In this document: positions 49,500 to 64,000 of the stretch, piece by piece
Numbering within the stretch: the first letter of the stretch is position 1
Layout: the number at the start of each line of letters is the position of its first letter
Source of the DNA: Anthoceros angustus
Taxonomy: Eukaryota > Plantae > Anthocerotophyta
Length of the DNA: 64,000 nucleotides
Reading direction: 5' to 3'
NCBI GenBank assembly: GCA_010909165.1
Contig: VJWM01000003.1
Span: forward strand, 310,001-374,000
Translations under genes and position numbers: made by a program
The notes under the pieces: generated by a model
The model's input: the letters and a program-made list of their open reading frames with translations, nothing else
What the model was told of the DNA's origin: nothing
Database searches by the model: none

Positions 49500-52400
49500 C
49501 TAGTTAGTGAGCTTGTTGTTGAGCCGAGCCGAGTGTGGGCTACGGACTTCCCTTGGGGGTTAGGAAATAAGTTGGGTTTTGTTTTTTTCGTAGGTCCGAA
49601 GTGTAAAATAAGGCGGAAAAGGAGGAATAAGCACGGACGGCGCTCCGGACTGTGCTCCGGAGTGTACTCCGGACTCGGAGTAGGTAACGGACCCCGGTAC
49701 CACTACGACGAGCCACGGACCGCGCACCGGGGTATCGGGATAAGTCCGGAACCCACTCCGGGTTAAAACAGACAAATGCAGTAACTTAGAAGTTGAGTCG
49801 TGAGTCGACAGAGCGCGCCACGTGGACGGTCCCGAATGGAAGGCAGGCATACGTGAGCCAGGGCCGCAAGAGGCGTTATAAGCGCATTCAGCGTCTTGCG
49901 GCAGTAAGGCGAGTAAGGCGCCGTGAGAGTAAGCCATGCGGACCTCTGGCGATTCACGACGAGGAAGGCACCTCCCGCCCGTTACTCTAGCAGCGGCCCG
50001 GCGAGGAGGTCATTTCTGTGCGACCTCGAGACAATTCTCGCGATCTCGCCCGCAACCCCGCCCGCGCTATCTCCGAACGCCAGCACCTGCCAGCTCACCT
50101 TTGAGGTTGGAGGCGGTGACGCCAAGAGGGCGATCGTGCCGATCACGACAATCGTCTGGAGTAAGAAGAAGAAGAAGCGATGGGACCCAAGAAGGCTGGA
50201 GGTATGGGCGCCATGGAACCTGGTGGAGCGCAACATTGTCACCTGGCGCTATCCGGACTTTGGGCCGTGGCTGGAGGAGGTGGGGGGATTGGTCGAGGAA
50301 TGGCACTGTGGACTACGGACTTCCCTGGGGGGTTAGAAATTAGGTAGGGTTTTGTTTTTTTTGTAGGAGTAAAGGATAAAATGAGGCGGAAAAGGGGAAA
50401 TAAGCATGGGTAGCACTCCGGACGGCACTCTGGAGTATACTCCGGACTCCGGAGTGAGGAACGTACCAGGACCTACTATGGTAGGCGCCACGGTAACAGG
50501 ATAAGTCCGGACCCACTCCAAGACCAGGCAGGATAAGTACGCCCAGAAAAGTAACTCAGGAGTTGAGCCGTGGGAGCGGACCAGGCGCCGCCACGTGGGC
50601 AACTCTGAGTGGAGAACGGCATGCACCGCCAGATCAGAACCTTGCCAGAGGCAGTATTCACGCCTGGACGCGCGGCGAAGGCCGAGTACGCGCGCGTAAG
50701 GCCGCAGTAAGCGGAGGCGAAGGTCGTAAGCCATGCACCGCGCTACATGTGGAAGAGGCGCCCCGCCCGTTACTCCCGGAGCGCCGGGGAAGGTCATTTC
50801 TGTGCGACCTCGAGACAATTCTCGCGATCTCTTGCGCTCCATGATCCGGCTCTGGCGGTATCTCGTGGACACTCAGACGCTCGCGCTGCTCACCGCTGAG
50901 GTATGGGCGCCATGGAACCTTGTGGGCGCAACATTGTGACCCGCGCTATCCGGACTTTGGGCCACAGCTCCGAGGCGGGAGGACCAAGGCGATGGCACCC
51001 AAAAGCCCGCGGAAGTTTGGGAGCCATGGAACCTTGTGGAGCGCAACATTGTGACCCGCGCTATCCGGACTTTGGGCCCCGCCCAGGAAGGTGAGAATTG
51101 GTGCAGGAGTGGCATTTGGATGTGTTCCATGGTCCGACATTTGACAAGGTCACCGTCCGGAGTTCGCCGGAAGATCTTGGCGGTCAATAAGGAGGTGCGG
51201 TCCAAGAACCTCCGGAGGACCCAAGGCGATGGACCTTGAGGTCCCGAGGCGCCTACAACCGCCCAAAGGAGGAAGAGGGGAGTGGTGCGGGCCCCTCAAG
51301 GCGAAGGGAAGATAGGGCCACCACAGCTGGCGCCGAGGCTCGACGCAACGACCACCAACGGTTGGTCGATATCCGACCGCTGACACCGAGTAAGGGCGGC
51401 CCGGATCATTGTCCATCGAACCTACTCACCAAGGTGGATCACCTTGGTGATAATCTGATAGTATTCACGCCATGGAACCTTGTGGAGCGGCAAGGGCGCC
51501 GAGGGAGGAGGCGGAGGAAGGATTATTTTCGCCTGCTTAGCCAGGCTCGCAAGCTCAGACCGAGAAGCCTCGCCATCTGGGCCGCCCCATACCCGATCCA
51601 TGTATGGGGGCATTTCGAGCTCCTCAAGGAAGGAGAGCTTGAGCGAGCGCCCGAAAGGACCGGAGGCCCCGCCAAGTGGAGCGGCAAGGGCGCCGAGGGA
51701 GGAGGCCGATCGTCAAAGCCAAACGGACGGAGGAGGACGATCGAGGATTCCTGACTCCATACGCCTGAACGGACCCCTCACCACCTGTGGAAGTATGGAA
51801 GAAATTCCCGCCTCCTCCGTGCCCCAACCAGAGCACCCAGAAGCTGCCGACCCCAGCAGCCCGCCATCACCACCTACCGAGGAGCCTCACGACTGTGAGG
51901 GAGCCAAGAGACGCAAGACCACTTACCAACGCTGCACCTGGGCCGGCAAGACTTCCCCGCCTACCTGAGTGGCAAGAGGCGGAGGAAGCAGAAGGAGGCG
52001 GAGGCGAAGGGACGCGCCTGTGGAGCGGAGGACACTGCAGCCACACCCGAGCCGGTCCTGTCGCCGACCGGAAGGGGCAAAAAGGCTTGCTCCCGGACTC
52101 CCTCACCTCCTCCGAGCCCCAGGAGGAAAAGGGCGGAGAAGGAGCTCGCGCCAAAAGGGCCAAGGAGGGGAAGCCCGAGCCAAGACTCGTGACCTAAGGG
52201 TCCCGATTAGGTCCGAGAACCCCCCGGCCACTCGGACAGCAGTATGGAGGTCCTTGGCGGACCGTGAGATGCCGGCCCCGCCACGGACTTTGTGGGAGCC
52301 TCACCGGCGGCCGTGGAAGAAACACGGCGGGTCCTGCTACCATGGACGGTATGCCTGGGGTCTCGGGGATGGCCGAGAAGACCTGTGGAGGTAGAAGCCA

Positions 52401-55400
52401 CCCGAGGCGCATGGTACTCCTCCGTGAGCTTGGAGGAGCCCAGAGGCGAAGGAAGGCCAAGCTCGGCCGATTGAGGAGGGAAACGCCGAGGCCGAGAGGG
52501 AGGTCCGTCCATCCGCAAGGACCGGACCAAATTCCTTCACCGGAGGAACACCAAGGCACTAAGGAGGCCCAGGAGGCGGAGAAGGAGCTCGCGCCAAAAG
52601 GGCCAAGGAGGCGAGAGGGTGAGGCGGGGCGCAAGCGTAACGGGCGCGGATCCGCGAGGCAGCGACCGACCAGAGCCAAGCCGAGAGGCTCGTGAAGGTG
52701 GCCAAGGAGGCGGAGGCCACGGCGGCCGATCGCGATCACTATCGGCGTGATCGGAACCGTGGAGGAGGCGGCCGAGAGCCACGGCCAATCAAGGCCGAGC
52801 AGTGGCATGAGCAAGCACGACAAGCCGCAAACACCGGAGGCCAAGACCCGGAAATCGGGACCCTGTGCAGCAAGAGGTAGAAGGGAGGCGGAGTTGGAGG
52901 ACAAGAAGGACACCTTGGAGTTACAACCCAAGACGCTGGAGCAGCAAGGAATTCTCAATGGGAGAATCCAGACTTCGAGTGAGATAGAGCGCCCGCCTCC
53001 GCTCAAGATGGAGCAGAGGTGGCGGAGCGCGACCAACCAGCCCAAGAAGCTCGCACAAGGAGGTGGAGGATCTCGGACTCGGCTCGGGAGGTGGAGCAGC
53101 GGCGGAGATGGAGGACCGCAAGGAGACTTTGAGCCGCAGCCCAAACTATCATTGAGAGGAATGGTAGTCTAGGACATGGTCGCGAACGCGACCGGAAATA
53201 GAGCGCCCGCCTGCTGGCGGAGGCGAAGGAAGGCGGAACAGGAGCGTGACGCCGAGATGGAAAAGGGCTCGGTGAAGGTGGCCAAGGCGGAGGCCACGGC
53301 GGCCGATCGCGATCACTATCGGCGTGATCGGGCCGGTGGAGGAGGCGGAGAGAGCCACGGCCAATCGAAGGCGGCGGAGTTGGAGCAAGTGGAGCAAGCA
53401 CGGACAAGCCGCAAACACCGGAGGAGGCGGCCGAGAGGGAGGTCCGTCCATCCGCAAGGACCGGACCAAATTCCTTCACCGGAGGCCAAGACCCGGAGGT
53501 AGAAGGGAGGCGGCGGAGTTGGAGGACAAGAAGGACACCTTGGAGTTACAACTCCAAGGCAGCGTCGGCGGCAAGGAATTCTCAATGGGAGAATCCGGGA
53601 CTTGACGAGATAGGCGCCTCCTGCACGAAGATGGAGGCGGGAGGTGGCGGAGCAGCGGACCAACCGGGCCCAAGCTCGCACAAGGAGGTGGAGGATCTCG
53701 GACTCGGCTCGGGAGGTGGAGCAGAGGTGGCGGCGGAGATGGAGGACCGCAAGGAGACTTTGGGCTGCGGCTCAAACTATCGTGAGAGGAATGGTAGTGC
53801 GGGACATGGTCGCGAACGCGACCGGAAATAGAGCGGCCCGGCTCGGCTCCGGCTCTGTTGGCGGGCCAGTCGATGGCGATGGAGCAGGGAGGCGGGGCGT
53901 CGCCGAGATGGAAAAGAACTGGGTGAAGCCCGCAGCCGTGGAAGAAATTCCCGCCTCCTCCGAGGCGGGAGATGGCGGAGTTAATGTAATGGACAAGGAG
54001 GCGAGGGCGCCGAGGCGGAGGACAAGAAGCCGGTCCACCGAGGAAGTCGGAAGGGGCAGCTGCGTTATGGCGGGCAAGGTGGCGGAGCGGAAGCGGAGAG
54101 TTGGAGCAAGTGGAGCAATGACGATCATGGAGGTGACCGAGGCCCCGCCAAGTGGAGCAAGTGGAGCAGCGGACCCCAAGGTAAGTTCACCACCACCCGA
54201 GGCGGGAGGTGGAGCAACAAGGGCAATGTGCCTCCGAGCATCTATGGCGAAGGGAGTATCGGGTGCTCGGGCACACGTGGAAGAGGCAATCCAGCAAGTG
54301 GATTCGGACTTTGCCTATTACCACACCGAGCTCCTCAAGGAGGCGGAGAAGGAGCTCGCGCCAAAAGGGCCAAGGAGGCGGCCGAGAGCCACGGCCAATC
54401 AAGGCCGAGGAGGAGGAAGAAGGGGCACGAGACAAAGACAGGACCCTAGGGGCCCTGCTTGGAGACGACGGCAAGGAGGAGCCCAAGAGGAGCGGACGCA
54501 GGACCCCAAGGTAAGTTCACCACCACCCGATCCGGCGGGGGTGAGGGCCCGCAGGGTGCAACCGGGGAGCCAACCCAACCAAGACAAGGGTCGGGGGTAA
54601 GGAGGAGGACCTAGCGATCTGAGGTCCACGTGAAGGGGTCCGAGTTGGAGATCGGACCCGTGTCATCTGGACCACGAGGTCCGAACCCGAGACGAGGCCG
54701 GACCTCGAGGTCCGGACTCGGGAAATAAACCGACCTTGGAGTTCAGTTCGAGTCGAGACCGACCTCGAGGTCCGGACTCCCTCACCTCCTCAAGGAAGGA
54801 GGAGCCCCTCGACTTACGCTAGGGGAGGACAGCAGCCGGCCGGTCACATCGCCCGGCCGGAAGGGCAAAAGGCTTGCTCCGGACTCCCTCACCTCCTCAA
54901 GGCCCAGGAGGAAAAGGCGGAGAAGGAGCTCATGACCAAAAGGGCCAAGGAGGCGGAGGAAGCTCGGCTCGGCCTCGGGACCTAAGGGTCTGATTAGGTC
55001 CGAGAACCCAGTCGGACTTACTCGGACAGCAGTATGGAGGTCCTTGGCGGACCGTGAGATGCCGGCCCCGCCACGGACTTTGTGGGAGCCTCACACGGCC
55101 GTGGAAGAAACACGGCGGGTCCAGCTACCGTCATGGACGGTATGCTCTGGGTCTGGATGGCCGAGAAGACCCGGAGGTAGAAGCCACCGGGCGCATGGTA
55201 CTCCTCCGAGGCGGTTGGAGGAGCCGAGGCGAGAAGGAAGGCCAAGCTCTCGGCCGATTGAGGAGGAGGAGCCCAGGAGGCGGAGGCGGAGGTGGTCCAT
55301 CCGCAGGCCGGACCAAATTCCTTCAGTGGAGGCAGTGAGACCAAGGAGGCCCAGGAGGCGGAGGACCTCTGCAGGGAGGCGGGAGGTGGCCAAGGAGGCG

Positions 55401-58400
55401 AGGAGGAGGCGGAGAAGGAGGCGGCGGACGAGCCAAGAGGCTCGGTGAAGGTGGCCAGGAGGCGGAGGCCACGGCGGCCGATCGCGATCACTATCGGCGT
55501 GATCGGGCCGGTGGAGGAGGCGGCCGAGAGCCACGGCCAATCGAAGGCGATGGAGCAGAGGTGGCGGAGCAAGCACGGACAAGCCGGGCTCTGGAGGCCA
55601 AGACCCGGAAATCGGGACCTCGGCATGCAGAGTAGAAGGGAGGCGGCGGAGTTGGAGGAGGCGGAGGACAAGAAGGACACCTTGGAGTTACAACTCCAAG
55701 GCGCGGAGGCGGCAAGGAATTCTCAATGGGAGAATCCGGGACTTGACGAGATAGGCGCCTCCGGCTCTGAAGATGGAGGCGAGGAGGTGGCGGAGCAGCG
55801 GACCAAGGAGGCCAAGCTCGCACAAGGAGGTGGAGGATCTCGGACTCGGCTCGGGAGGTGGAGCAGCGGCGGAGATGGAGGACCGCAAGGAGACTTTGGG
55901 CTGACTCAAACTATCATTGAGAGGAATGGTAGTCTAGGACATGGTCGCGAACGCGACCGGAAGGGCAAAAGGCTTGCTCCGGACTCGGGAGGTGGCCAAG
56001 GAGGCGGAGGCGATGGAGCAGGGAGGCGGGGCGTCGCCGAGATGGAAAAGAACTGGGTGAAGCCGCGATCGCGTGTTGCCCGGCCAAATGCAGGCGGGAG
56101 ATGGCGGAGTTGCGACGGAATGGACAAGGAGGCGGCGGAGTTGGAGGACAAGAAGCTGCTGGTCGGTGAGGAAGTCGGAAGGGGCAGCTGCGTTATGGCG
56201 GGCAAGGTGGCGGAGCGGAAGCGGAGAGTTGGAGCAAGTGGAGCAATGACGATCATGGAGGTGACCGAGGCACTGGCACCATGAGAAGCAGCGGCCCATA
56301 TCCAACTCAAGCGGGAGGTGGAGCAACAAGGGCAATGTGCCTCCCGAGCATCTATGGCGAAGGGAGTATCGGGTGCTCCGGGCACACGTGGAAGAGGCAA
56401 TCCAGCAAGTGGATTCGGACTTTGCCTATTACCACACTGAGCTCCTGAAGGCGGTAGAGGCCTCCCACGCCACAGACGGCCCCGGAAGGCCCTGAGGGGA
56501 AGAAGGGCACGAGACAAAGACAGGACCCTAGGGGCCCTGTTTGGAGACGACGGCAGCGAAGGAGGGAGCCCCAAGAGGAGCGGGACGCAGCGGACCCCAA
56601 GGTAAGTTCACCACCACCCGATCCGGCGAAGGGGGGTGAGGGGCCCGCAGGGTGCAACCGGGGAGCCAACCCAACCAAGACAAGGGTCGGGGGTAAGGAG
56701 GAGGACCTAGCAAGACGAGGTCCAGTGAAGGGGTCCGAGTTGGAGATCGGACCCGTGTCATCTGGACCACGAGGTCCGAACCCGAGACGAGGCCGGACCC
56801 ACGGGACGGAAATAAACCGACCTTGGAGTTCAGTTCGAGTCGAGACCGACCTCGAGGTCCGGACTGCAAGAAGGAGGAGCCCTCGACTTACGCTAGGGGA
56901 GGACAGCCGGTGGCCCCACCGAGGGGACCCACGGAAGGCTGTGGAGGATGACGTGGTAACGGCCGCCGACCGCCGAGCCAACCCGATGTGATTCCGGGAG
57001 AAAGGAGGTCCGCCTCGCGGATCATCCGATTGGGTGCGCCCGCAATTGTCGAGCGGAGATTGGACCACCAATCCCAAGGCGGAACCGGGACCTTCCCACA
57101 CCGCGGGAGATAGGAGGAGGGAAATAGGATGGTAGGCGGCGATTAGGCATACCGAGCCGGCCACCGTAATAGGGGTGTAATAAAGACGCCGACCTAGGCG
57201 TAGTATAAGAGGTGGGCCTCAATAAATCATCTTTCCTTGGTGTTGATGCGCGTTCTTGCGGACCACTGTGTCTTCACGATAACGTGAGTCTGAGTCAGCG
57301 AGCCACGGCGGCCGGAGGGATCGATCGTGGTCCCGTGACGGACCTAACGTGTTGTGGTGTGTGCGGGGGAGTGGTGGCGGGGACCCGTGCTCGTCGAGCC
57401 GCGACCCGGCCGAGCGGACGAGCGTGTGGCCGGAGGACTTGAGGCGTCTGCGCGCGGGCGGAGAGGCCCGGTGGAGCAGCGGAGGAGGTCGGGCGGCAAC
57501 CCAGCGTCTTCCCTTAAGACCGATAAGTGTAGTGTGAGAGAGGAGTGGGCAGAGGTGTGAGAGGCGAGCGAGGCAGAGCAGACCAGAGCGTTAGCGTTTG
57601 GCCATACCGGCTGCGGTGTTTGTCGCGAGTAGTTAGGCGTGAACTAAGGGTGTGTGCGTTAGGGGCGGCGGACGTAAAGTAAGGCGAAAATGCACGAAGC
57701 AGCGCAAGCGGAGTCATCATTCCCTTGGGAACGAACTCCTTCCTACAACGACACGGGATTGTGCGCGCCCGGCTGGCCGTCAGCAAAAGTCGCGCCACAT
57801 TTTGGCACCTAGGCGTGTTCAGTCACGGACATTTGTGATGTCACCTAGTCCGGGAGTTCGGAAGATGTTGGCGGCCAACAAGGAGGTTCGATCCAAGAAC
57901 CTCGGGAGGATCCTGTGAGGTGGACCTTGAGGTCCCAGGCGGGTTACAACCGCCCAGTAGAGATTGGGGCGTAGTCCGGAACCCCTCAAGGCGAGGAAAG
58001 ATAGAGCGGAGGAGGAAATAGGATGGTAGGCGGCGAACAACCAACGCTGGTTGATGTCGGACTGCTGGGCGGGGAGGAGGTGAGGCGGTGGCCCGGATCA
58101 TAAATCCACGGAACACACTCACCAAGGTGGATCACCTTTGGGACAACTTATTGGTGTTCGCATGCGCTGCGGCCGGTAAGAGGGCCAAGAGGGCCAAGGA
58201 GGTTCGATCCAAGAACCTCGGGAGGATCCTGTGAGGTGCGAGAAGCCACCTCGTCGGGACTATCCCCATATCCGATCCATGTGTGGGGACACTCGACCTC
58301 TAAGGATGGGGAAGAAGGCGGGCGCTCGGGAAGGGCTGGCGGCCAAGAGGGCCAAGAGGCGGGCAGGCGCCCGAGGTGGAGGCCCGACCCTAGGGGCCAA

Positions 58401-59730
58401 GGAGGTTCGATCCAAGAACCTCGGGAGGATCCTGTGAGGTGGACCTTGAGGTCCCGAGGGTTACAAAGCAAGAGATTGGGGCGTAGTCCAACCCCTCAAG
58501 GCGAGGAAAGATAGGAGGCGTGGCTGTCAAGCTCTAACGAACAACCATTTGGTTGATGTCGGACTGCGAGGGCCAAGGAGGGTGAGGCGGTGGCCCGGAT
58601 CATCGTCCACTGGAACCTGCTCACCAAGGTGGATCACCTTTGGGACAACTTATTGGTGTTCCTGCATGCGCTGCGGCCGGTAAGAGGGCGGAAGGATCGT
58701 CGCCGCGTTCGAGGAGGCCCTGGGCGGTGCGAGAAGCCACCTCCGTCGGGACTATCCCCATATCTGATCCATGTGTGGGGACACTACGACCTCCTGAAGG
58801 ATGGGGAAGAAGAGCGGGCGCTCCGGAAAGGGCTGGCGGCCCTACCGGAAGCGGAGCGGGCAAGGGCGCCCGAGGTGGAGGCCCGACCCCCTAGGGCCAA
58901 ACGGGTCCGGGAGGAGGACGACTGGGAGGGGATTCCGGACTCCATACGTCTGGAACGGACCCCCTCACCACCTAGGGAAGTGTGGGAAGATATCCCCGCT
59001 TCCCTCCTCTTGGTGCCCCGAGCGGCCCGGCTGGCAGAGGCGGTCCAGGAGCCGGCGGCCCCGCCGACAACCGACCACTAGCCACGACGAAGCCGATGAG
59101 CCCACGACCGGCCGAGGGCCAAGAGGCGGAAGACGGTGCCACCCGCCAACGCAACACCGAGACGGCACCGTGCCTTGCCCCCACGGAGTGGCAAGAAGTC
59201 AAGAGGCGGTGAGAAGGGCGAGAAGAGGCGCGCTCAAGGAGCAGGCGCCCGAGGTGGAGGCCACCGGGCAAAGAACCCCACTGAGCGCCCCTGCTGCCGG
59301 AGAGGCAAGGGCTCCCTCACCCTCACCTCCGAGCCCTGGGACGAAGAGGGCGAATAAGGAATTGGCGGCCAAGAGGGCCAAGGAGGGTGAGGCTCCGGAC
59401 CTCGGCACTCAGGACCCAAGGGACCTGATTAGGTCCGGAGAGCCCAGACTCGCCCGCAGTATGGAGGTCCTTGGCGAACCGTGAGATGCCCGCTCCCACA
59501 ACGGACTTTTTGGGGGCCTCACCAATGGCAGCCGTGGAGGAGACACGGTCCGCCACCGCCATGGACGGAGTGCTCGGGGTCTCGGGACGCCGAGAAGACC
59601 TGTGGAGGTGGAAGCCACAAGGAGGCGCATGGTGCTCCTCCAGGAGCAGTTGGAGGCGGCCCAGGAGGCGAGGAGGAAGGCAAAAGCTCTCGGCCGCATC
59701 GAAGAGGGGAAGCGCCGGGAGGCCTAACAG
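49500..59730 (+). repeat. GC- and purine-rich scrambled multi-copy repeat, probably decayed retroelement internal regions
   Basis: Blocks recur at ~52.2/55.0/59.4 kb, 52.7/53.3/55.4 kb, 54.0-54.8/56.1-56.9 kb and 51.2/57.9/58.4 kb; no intact catalytic ORF. Confidence 0.7.
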
Positions 59731-59738
59731 AATAGATG

Positions 59739-62700
59739 TGTTGGAGTCATGATTAGGGTTGTATTAATTGGGTTTAGTTAAAGCTATAGTACATGACCGT
59801 TCATTAGGGTTACGTCGCTTGAGAAACGTTATGTCTTTTCACATTTAGTTTAAGTTGTCTTTTCATGCATAAGCACTTTAACCCCTTTCTTGATATACAA
59901 TGTAATTACTTAATGATGTGATTTATTTCTACATAATCTATATAATATTGTTATGGTATCGAGCTTACTTTGTAGAATGCATCTAGGAAGATGCGCATTG
60001 AAATTCTGCACTAGAAAATGTGCAATTTATCTTCTTTAGTCTTCCTATTTTGAAAATGAGTTCAAAAGAAAGAAACAAGAAGATTTTCAAGAAAATAGTT
60101 TCTTATATTTTCTTTTAGAAAAATCTAACACGAATCTTTCTGAATCAGATTTTCTAATGCATTTCCATTAAATTGTCGGTTTAGACAATTCCATGCAGAT
60201 GCACTAGAACAAGCGCCTAATAAAGATTAGTGTATATGATTTATATAAAAGGATCTCTATAATGCAAATTTGCATTTTAGATATAACAATCGGCTCAAGG
60301 CCATGGCAAATTATATCTACCTTGCTCCCGTGAAAATCCTAGGGGAACAACAATCCTAGGCGAGAATCGATACATGAGTCGGTGATTTACCCTTGCCAAT
60401 CAATTACATGTGTGTGTCCAACAATGGAGCCACGGGCAGACTCAACCGCGCAAGCAGAGACCAAGGAGCATTCAACACACTACTTGAATTGCTGTTCCCA
60501 ATGTAACTCGACGACATTCACGGTGGAGGCGTTGTACAAAATCAACCACTTTGGTGTACACCAACGCAGCTTTCCTCACATTGGGCACAATCAACCAGTG
60601 TAAACACAATTGTTCAGCGTCTTGAAACTAACAATAGGAATGTTGAAAATAGATTCAACCAGATTTCAGGTCATGTTTCTGCAGCTAGTATCGATTTGCA
60701 GGATTTAAAAGAACAGCTTGCACATATAGATTACAAACTTGTAATGCTATTAAAACCCGAGTTGCGTTGTCTAACCCAGCATTCAGAGGTATTGCCTGCA
60801 AGCACGTAAGTAAAACAAATCGTGAAAGGAAGTTTGACTCACCAAATTCTTGTCCTTCATGTTCAACTTACGTCTATAACAAATATGAGATGAGAAGTGC
60901 TAGGATAGCAGCACGCAGAATTGCATGGGATCAAACCCTGCAACGTCAAAACCAACATGCACTGTAAGTAATAATGTATGGAACGATCAGAAAGTGATCT
61001 AGACGATTTTGGAAACGCCTTCAATAAAGCGAGTCGAACTGTCATAGAAGAGCGATACCCGTAACATGGGTGATATAGCCTTATCTTCTAACTTTGGTAG
61101 TAGTGAATCCTTCAAAGAAAAGGACAGGTTCAACGGCAATGACTTTGATATCTGGCTCATCCGGATGGAGGGTGTTCTCGAGATGAGAGGCCTCCTTAAA
61201 TATGCAACCGGAAATGTAGAGTATCCTGGCGAAGGGATATCAGGGGAAGCAGATTGGTTAGCTAAAGACAGCGGAGCCAAGTACCTCATACGCAGTGGCC
61301 TAACATCTGAAATGTTGAGGCAGACTGGGTGAAGACTTCAGCCGAAATCCTAACTCGCCTCAAGGAACTCTACGCAGGCAGAACATGGTCAGTGCAATGA
61401 CAGCTTTACGAAACTTCCAAAATTTGAGAATGAAGGATGGGGACTCAGTGGAAAAGCACGTGAGTACCTTGGGACCCTAGCTTCAAGGCTTGGTGCCTCC
61501 AAAGTCACCATAGGAGACGATGAAATGGTGATGAGACTCCTTCTTTCTCTTCCAATCGTGGTCACACTTTGTGACTTCACATATCCGCAGACACAGCTAC
61601 ATTGTTAGCCAAGAAACAAGGTGTGGAAATGCCGAGATGAGCTTTTCACATTGGTGAGCTCAATGCTTCAAGAGGAAGCAAGCAAGACCAACTATAGGCG
61701 TGCGAGAAGCGGCCACATCACATCCAACCAAGGACGAGGGGTAGAAGGACCTTCTCAAAGGTGGAAGCAGTAATTTCAAGGGTGCTGGTCAGGAACCAAC
61801 ACTCTATACAAGAAAACCAAAAGGTGTACTTGTAATCGTTTACAGCCATTGGGAACGTGAGTGTCAAGAAGCTGGAATTCCTCGCAAGGAGGGATCTTCA
61901 CCGAGACACACGTTGTGGTCAAGAAGCAAAATACTCCTATAGCTTGGAACAAGGGAGTTTGCAAGTCCACTGCTACCCACATGCTTGTCTGCCAAAGCAT
62001 ATTTTAAACCCACTGCTGAGTGGTATCTCGACACAGAGCCACACTCATATTTGCTTTGATGAACGCATTCTTAACATACAGTGCCACTTGTCGACCAAGA
62101 TGTGTATCTTGAGACGATAGGTCTCTTGTCTCTCCCGAGGTATCAGAGACTTGCCCCACCGGACTAACCCTCAAATTGCGGATGTCTACTATGTACCGAC
62201 ATGACAAGAAACCTCATCTCGCTTAGAAGATCGAATGCATAATAGCAGCCATGTGCTATTTACTAGAAGATCCGATTATAGATGCATTTGACCATAGGAA
62301 GGTACTTGCATATGGGTCTTGGACCATGACCGCTTGCCTCCATTTGAATAGTGGAATAGTTGAGTCCCACTTGACACAGGATGTCTCCAAGGCATCAGCA
62401 CAACAGATAACTAAATCTCAGTTGTGGCATGCCCGCTTAGGTCACCCACACATGGCAAAGCTGCAAAAGTTAGCAGTTAGTGACCTTTACCAGGATGGAC
62501 CCATTGGTCCCTTGACCTCAATTCCATTATGTGAGGCTTGTGTTCTTTCGAAGAGACATCAAGCAGCCTTCAAAAATCAGGCCCCTCACCGCAAGTGATC
62601 TTCTTGAACTTGTCCACACAGATTTGTGTGGACCTCTGTCCCAGGATTCAATTGGTGGAGGAAAATATTTCCTCACATTCACCGATGACAAGAGCAGATT

Positions 62701-64000
62701 TGTCACAACATACATCCTGAAACAGAAGAGCGAGTGTTTCTCCTACTTCAAGGAGTATATCAAGTTTGCTGAACGATGGACAGGGAAGCAGCTGAAAACC
62801 TTAAGATCAGATAATGGTGGGGAATTCACATCAAATGAATTCCAGGCCTATTGCAAGGATGAAGGAATAGGTAGATGACTCACGCTTGTCTACACTCCAG
62901 CAACGGGTGGCGAGCTCAACCTCACATTGCGAAATGACCTCCTCTTTGCTCCATGACGACAAATGCCCATATTTGAGGCCCTTATGACTTCAACTTACCT
63001 ACGCATAAAGTTACCTACTAACGTTAATGGATGACCCCATATGAGGTGTTCACGGAAGGAAGCCATCTCTTAAACATTTAAGGACCTTTGGTTGCCTTGC
63101 CTACGCCTTTATCCCTAAAGAGAAGCGGAAGAAGCTTTCAGACAAAGCTAGAAAGCTACTCATGCTGGGATATACAGAGGGCATAAAAGCATACAAACTG
63201 TATGATGTTCCCACCAACAAAGTTATTTATGCTCGGAGTGTTACCTTTAATGAGGCACGCACTTGGGCTTCAGTGGGAGCACAGCAGCATCCTCCAGCCA
63301 CAGATGACGATTCGGATGACATCTCAGTCACTCATTTTGATCTTTCTGACCATGGCACTCAGTCCCTAGCTCCAGCCCTTGAGAATATTGCTCCTGCTGG
63401 TGGGGAATATGCAGTACAGGCACAAGCAGCTCTAGATGACGCAGCCACTATGCCGCACCTCATACAGATCAATTTCCTCCGCCCCGACGATGATACACAA
63501 CGATCTTGCTCAACGACCCAGGTTGATACTGATGATGACACGCTTGAGGACATACCTGATGAACCCGATGAAGCACCTCCAGAGCCAGAACCTGTCCGGC
63601 GATATCCTACTCGTGACAGAAGACCCCCTGATTATTATTGTGCCCCTGACTTCAGAACTTCTTCCCATAATGTGAGGGTCAATGGCGCAACCTCTCTTGA
63701 TCCCATAGAACCTCAAACCTATGCTGAGGCATTGACTAGACCTGATCACAAGGAGTGGGAGAAAGCTATACAGTTAGAATATGACTCGCTCATAGAAAAT
63801 GGCACATGGGAGATAGCAAAATTACCCCCTGGCAGGAAAATGGTGTCTTGTAAATGGGTCTTCAAATTAAAGGTGAAAGCTGATGGTACCTTTGACAGGT
63901 ACAAAGCTAGGCTAGTAGCAAGAGGATTCTCTCGATTCTCGGACTTGATTACTTAGAGACTTTCGCTCCGTTGTAAAACTAGCCACACTCCGCGTCCTCC
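59739..64000 (+). mobile_element. Ty1/Copia LTR retrotransposon (5' LTR, PBS, gag-PR-IN-RT), frameshifted, runs off the window
   Basis: TGTTGG start at 59739; Met-tRNA-like PBS TGGTATCGAGC at 59954; gag FNGNDFDIWLIRM (~61130); protease WYLDT (~62020); integrase LWHARLGH, CEAC, LELVHTDLCGP, RSDNGGEF; RT EPQTYAEAL..KWVFK..RYKARLVARGF. Confidence 0.93.

Noticed and set aside
49491-59752. Dozens of 60-330 aa ORFs on both strands
   Set aside because: Products of a GC-rich repeat; frames switch between copies and show no catalytic motifs.

Overview
Eukaryotic nuclear DNA from a flagellate-sperm land plant. The short introns, a PF16/SPAG6 gene and GRP-ending PPR-DYW genes suggest a hornwort (inference). 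From left to right: an unclear ORF/TE remnant (1-2.3 kb); an 8-exon PF16/SPAG6 gene (-); a 10-exon USP-like + RLCK-VI-type kinase gene (+); a repeat/duplication zone (12.6-20.5 kb); three tandem intronless PLS-class PPR genes (-); a pair of orphan two-exon paralogs; an F-box gene head-to-head with a BEACH (BchB-like) gene fragment; a membrane-anchored TPR gene; and an 18-kb retroelement nest (solo LTR, two Copia remnants, GC-rich scrambled repeat). The main finding is in the PPR genes. All three end in the DYW:KP/'GRP' deaminase variant linked to U-to-C RNA editing, and all three carry an N-terminal PDF motif of the OSB organellar ssDNA-binding family. They differ mainly by gain or loss of whole PPR motifs, which gives different predicted RNA targets. 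Exon coordinates and PPR codes were read by eye.
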